Source: Octopus vulgaris (taxonomy: Eukaryota). From it: 64,000 nucleotides of DNA. Shown here in pieces: positions 62,013-64,000 of this stretch. The position numbers and the translations under genes were made by a program. The DNA lies in contig OX597836.1 in NCBI GenBank assembly GCA_951406725.2, forward strand, positions 14,694,001 to 14,758,000, written 5' to 3'. Position 1 is the stretch's first letter; the number at the start of each line of letters is the position of its first letter. Below the pieces are notes generated by a model. It was not told where the DNA came from and ran no database searches. It was given only the letters and a program-made list of their open reading frames with translations.

Positions 62013-62473
62013 CGCTTCCTTCCTTCCTTCCCCCCACCCCACCCCTTTCGTCTTTTGATATTGCTGGTTTGATTTCATGGATACTAAAATGGACAATGAA
62101 ACCGCGTGTAATTATCAAATCAAGTCACTAGATGTCGCTAAGGTATGATGATGAGGGGAAGGTTCGGTGTGTAGGTGTGTCTTGACATTCATCATAAAAC
62201 ATAGAATTCCCGACACATACAATCACAATAATTACACCAACAAGAAAAACAAACCCCACTGTTTTTATTTCCGTTTTTGTATTGAGGGTCAAAGAAATTG
62301 CTGGAATTATATGGATATTAGACATATAAAGTTCGTCTCGTGTTCGCGTAGTGTTCGGTTCAGTCCCACCGTACAGCACCTTGGAAGTGTCTGTTCCATT
62401 GTACCCCCCAGGTAAATTCGTTTCTTCTGAGTAAATGATGTTAGGTGGAAACTGCACGTGTAGGAGGCTATTT

Positions 62474-62705
62474 TATTTCTTTACTACCCACAAGGGGCTA
62501 AACACAGAGGGGACAAACAAGGACAGACAAAGTGATTAAGTCGATTATATCGACCCCAGTGCGTAACTGGTACTTAATTTATCGACCCCCGAAAGGATGA
62601 AAGGCAAAGTCGACCTCGGCAGAATTTGAACTCAGAACGTAGCGGCAGACGAAATACCGGAAAGCATTTCGCCCGGCGTGCTAACGATTCTGCCAGCTCG
62701 CCGCT
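62474..62705 (-). mobile_element. SINE family B, full length, inserted in an older diverged C-like SINE (about 62340-62790)
   Basis: Matches 37875-38105. Flanking duplication CACGTGTAGGAG at 62455-62466 and 62714-62725. The host has ggttcagtcccac...caccttgg...ggaaactg...(TG)n. Confidence 0.9.
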
Positions 62706-62735
62706 TTAGGAGTCACGTGTAGGAGACTGTCGTGC

Positions 62736-62789
<54 letters not shown>

Positions 62790-63199
62790 TATCATCCAAA
62801 ATGGAGATTTCCAAGTGGTTCGCTCCAACAACTGTGGAGATCTCTTCGGCATTTTGCTTTCAAAATTTCTAAACTTTTCAAATTCGTGAAAATAAAAGTT
62901 GTAATGTTTTTAAATTGCTAACGCTAACAACCATTGACTAAGTGGTAGCGTTTTCAATCGTTCATTGTCCAAAAACCATTCTGCCATTTCATTATTGTTA
63001 TTTTGCAAATGAGCTTTTATAAATCTCCGAGCGAGGTATCTATGTGTATCATACAGGTTGAAGATGGGAAGGATGGCTTCCCCTTGCAAATACTCATAGG
63101 GCACATAAAGTGTATCGATAGCCAGCTGGAGGAGGTGTCCTCTTGGGGCTACAAGCTACAGTAGCATCCACCCTTAAGGGTTAGCCACATTTAAGTGGT

Positions 63200-63760
63200 A
63201 AATATACTTCAAAATGAGCTTTTGTTTGTCCACAACTTTCAGGAGTTGTCGTCTTTCACCTACTTGCTATAAATACCCATTCATTTGCCCGATGATTCTT
63301 TAAGAGACTCGTAACATTCTCCTATACACCCACATTTCAAACGCGTTGATTATATCCTTTTTAAAACGTGTTCAGACTCCCTGTTTTGCAATCATAAATA
63401 CTTATTGGTCAAATGAGCGCTCAGGCTAACCTTGATTTTAACTTAGTTGAGACTCTTTTGCTGATTCCAATGCCTTTACGCTTTTCCATGGATGTTCTTG
63501 CCATGTCTAGCCGTGACCTTTTATTTTTTATCACATATGGCTTCATCAGAAGTTTCAACTCCAAAACACTTATACAATTCAACATGTTTAAGCCTCTTAC
63601 TGACCAGTCTGATTTTAAAATTTGCTTTCTCTCTTACTAATAATATGACTTTAGTTTTCTTATGGTTCAGATAAAGACCAGCTATATTTGATATCATCTC
63701 GAATCTATTTATCATTTCTTGTAGTCCGGCTTTATAAGATCTACAAATATACTTTGGAGT
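63200..63760 (-). pseudogene. Decayed RTE-clade LINE reverse transcriptase C-terminal fragment
   Basis: AGLYLNHKKTKVI...VELYKCFGVE...SRLDMARTSMEK...KLKSRLA*ALI*PISIYDCKT...INAFEMWVYRRMLRVS. Confidence 0.8.
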
Positions 63761-63821
63761 ACTGGAATATGCAGGTGCGCTTCATAAAGATACAGCTCGG
63801 ATTATAACCCTATCTACGTAC

Positions 63822-63853
<32 letters not shown>

Positions 63854-63887
63854 ATATTATTACAAATTTAGGATTTTACCAATAGGA

Positions 63888-63937
<50 letters not shown>

Positions 63938-64000
63938 CTAAATTAATTTTTTAAATGTCTTGCTTTGAAAAACTGCATTTAGGTATGATTAGTATAATTT

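Overview
Eukaryotic, extremely microsatellite-rich and AT-rich non-genic DNA. It is most likely an octopod cephalopod genome; this is an inference from the SINE repertoire and repeat style. I find no convincing host protein-coding exon. Almost all listed ORFs are translations of di-, tri- or tetranucleotide repeats. The real content is a layered set of decayed transposons. It includes three tRNA-derived SINE families (A, B, C; more than 25 copies, several with TSDs), an internally deleted mariner with a nested SINE, a mariner MITE, a hAT/Charlie-type element with an 8-bp TSD and a non-autonomous Helitron. LINE fragments come from the RTE (x2), R4/Dong-type (x2) and L1/Tx1 clades, and there are several unclassified dispersed repeats. 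The most interesting signal is a set of minimal type-I hammerhead-ribozyme-like motifs of the kind found in Penelope-like elements (PLEs). They sit in unrelated sequence contexts and covary at the core 3:8 pair (C:G, U:A, G:C). Several lie in tails-out fold-back inversions next to microsatellites, and one inverted arm ends essentially at the predicted cleavage site. All alignments and folds were done by eye, so boundaries are approximate unless a TIR or TSD is quoted.
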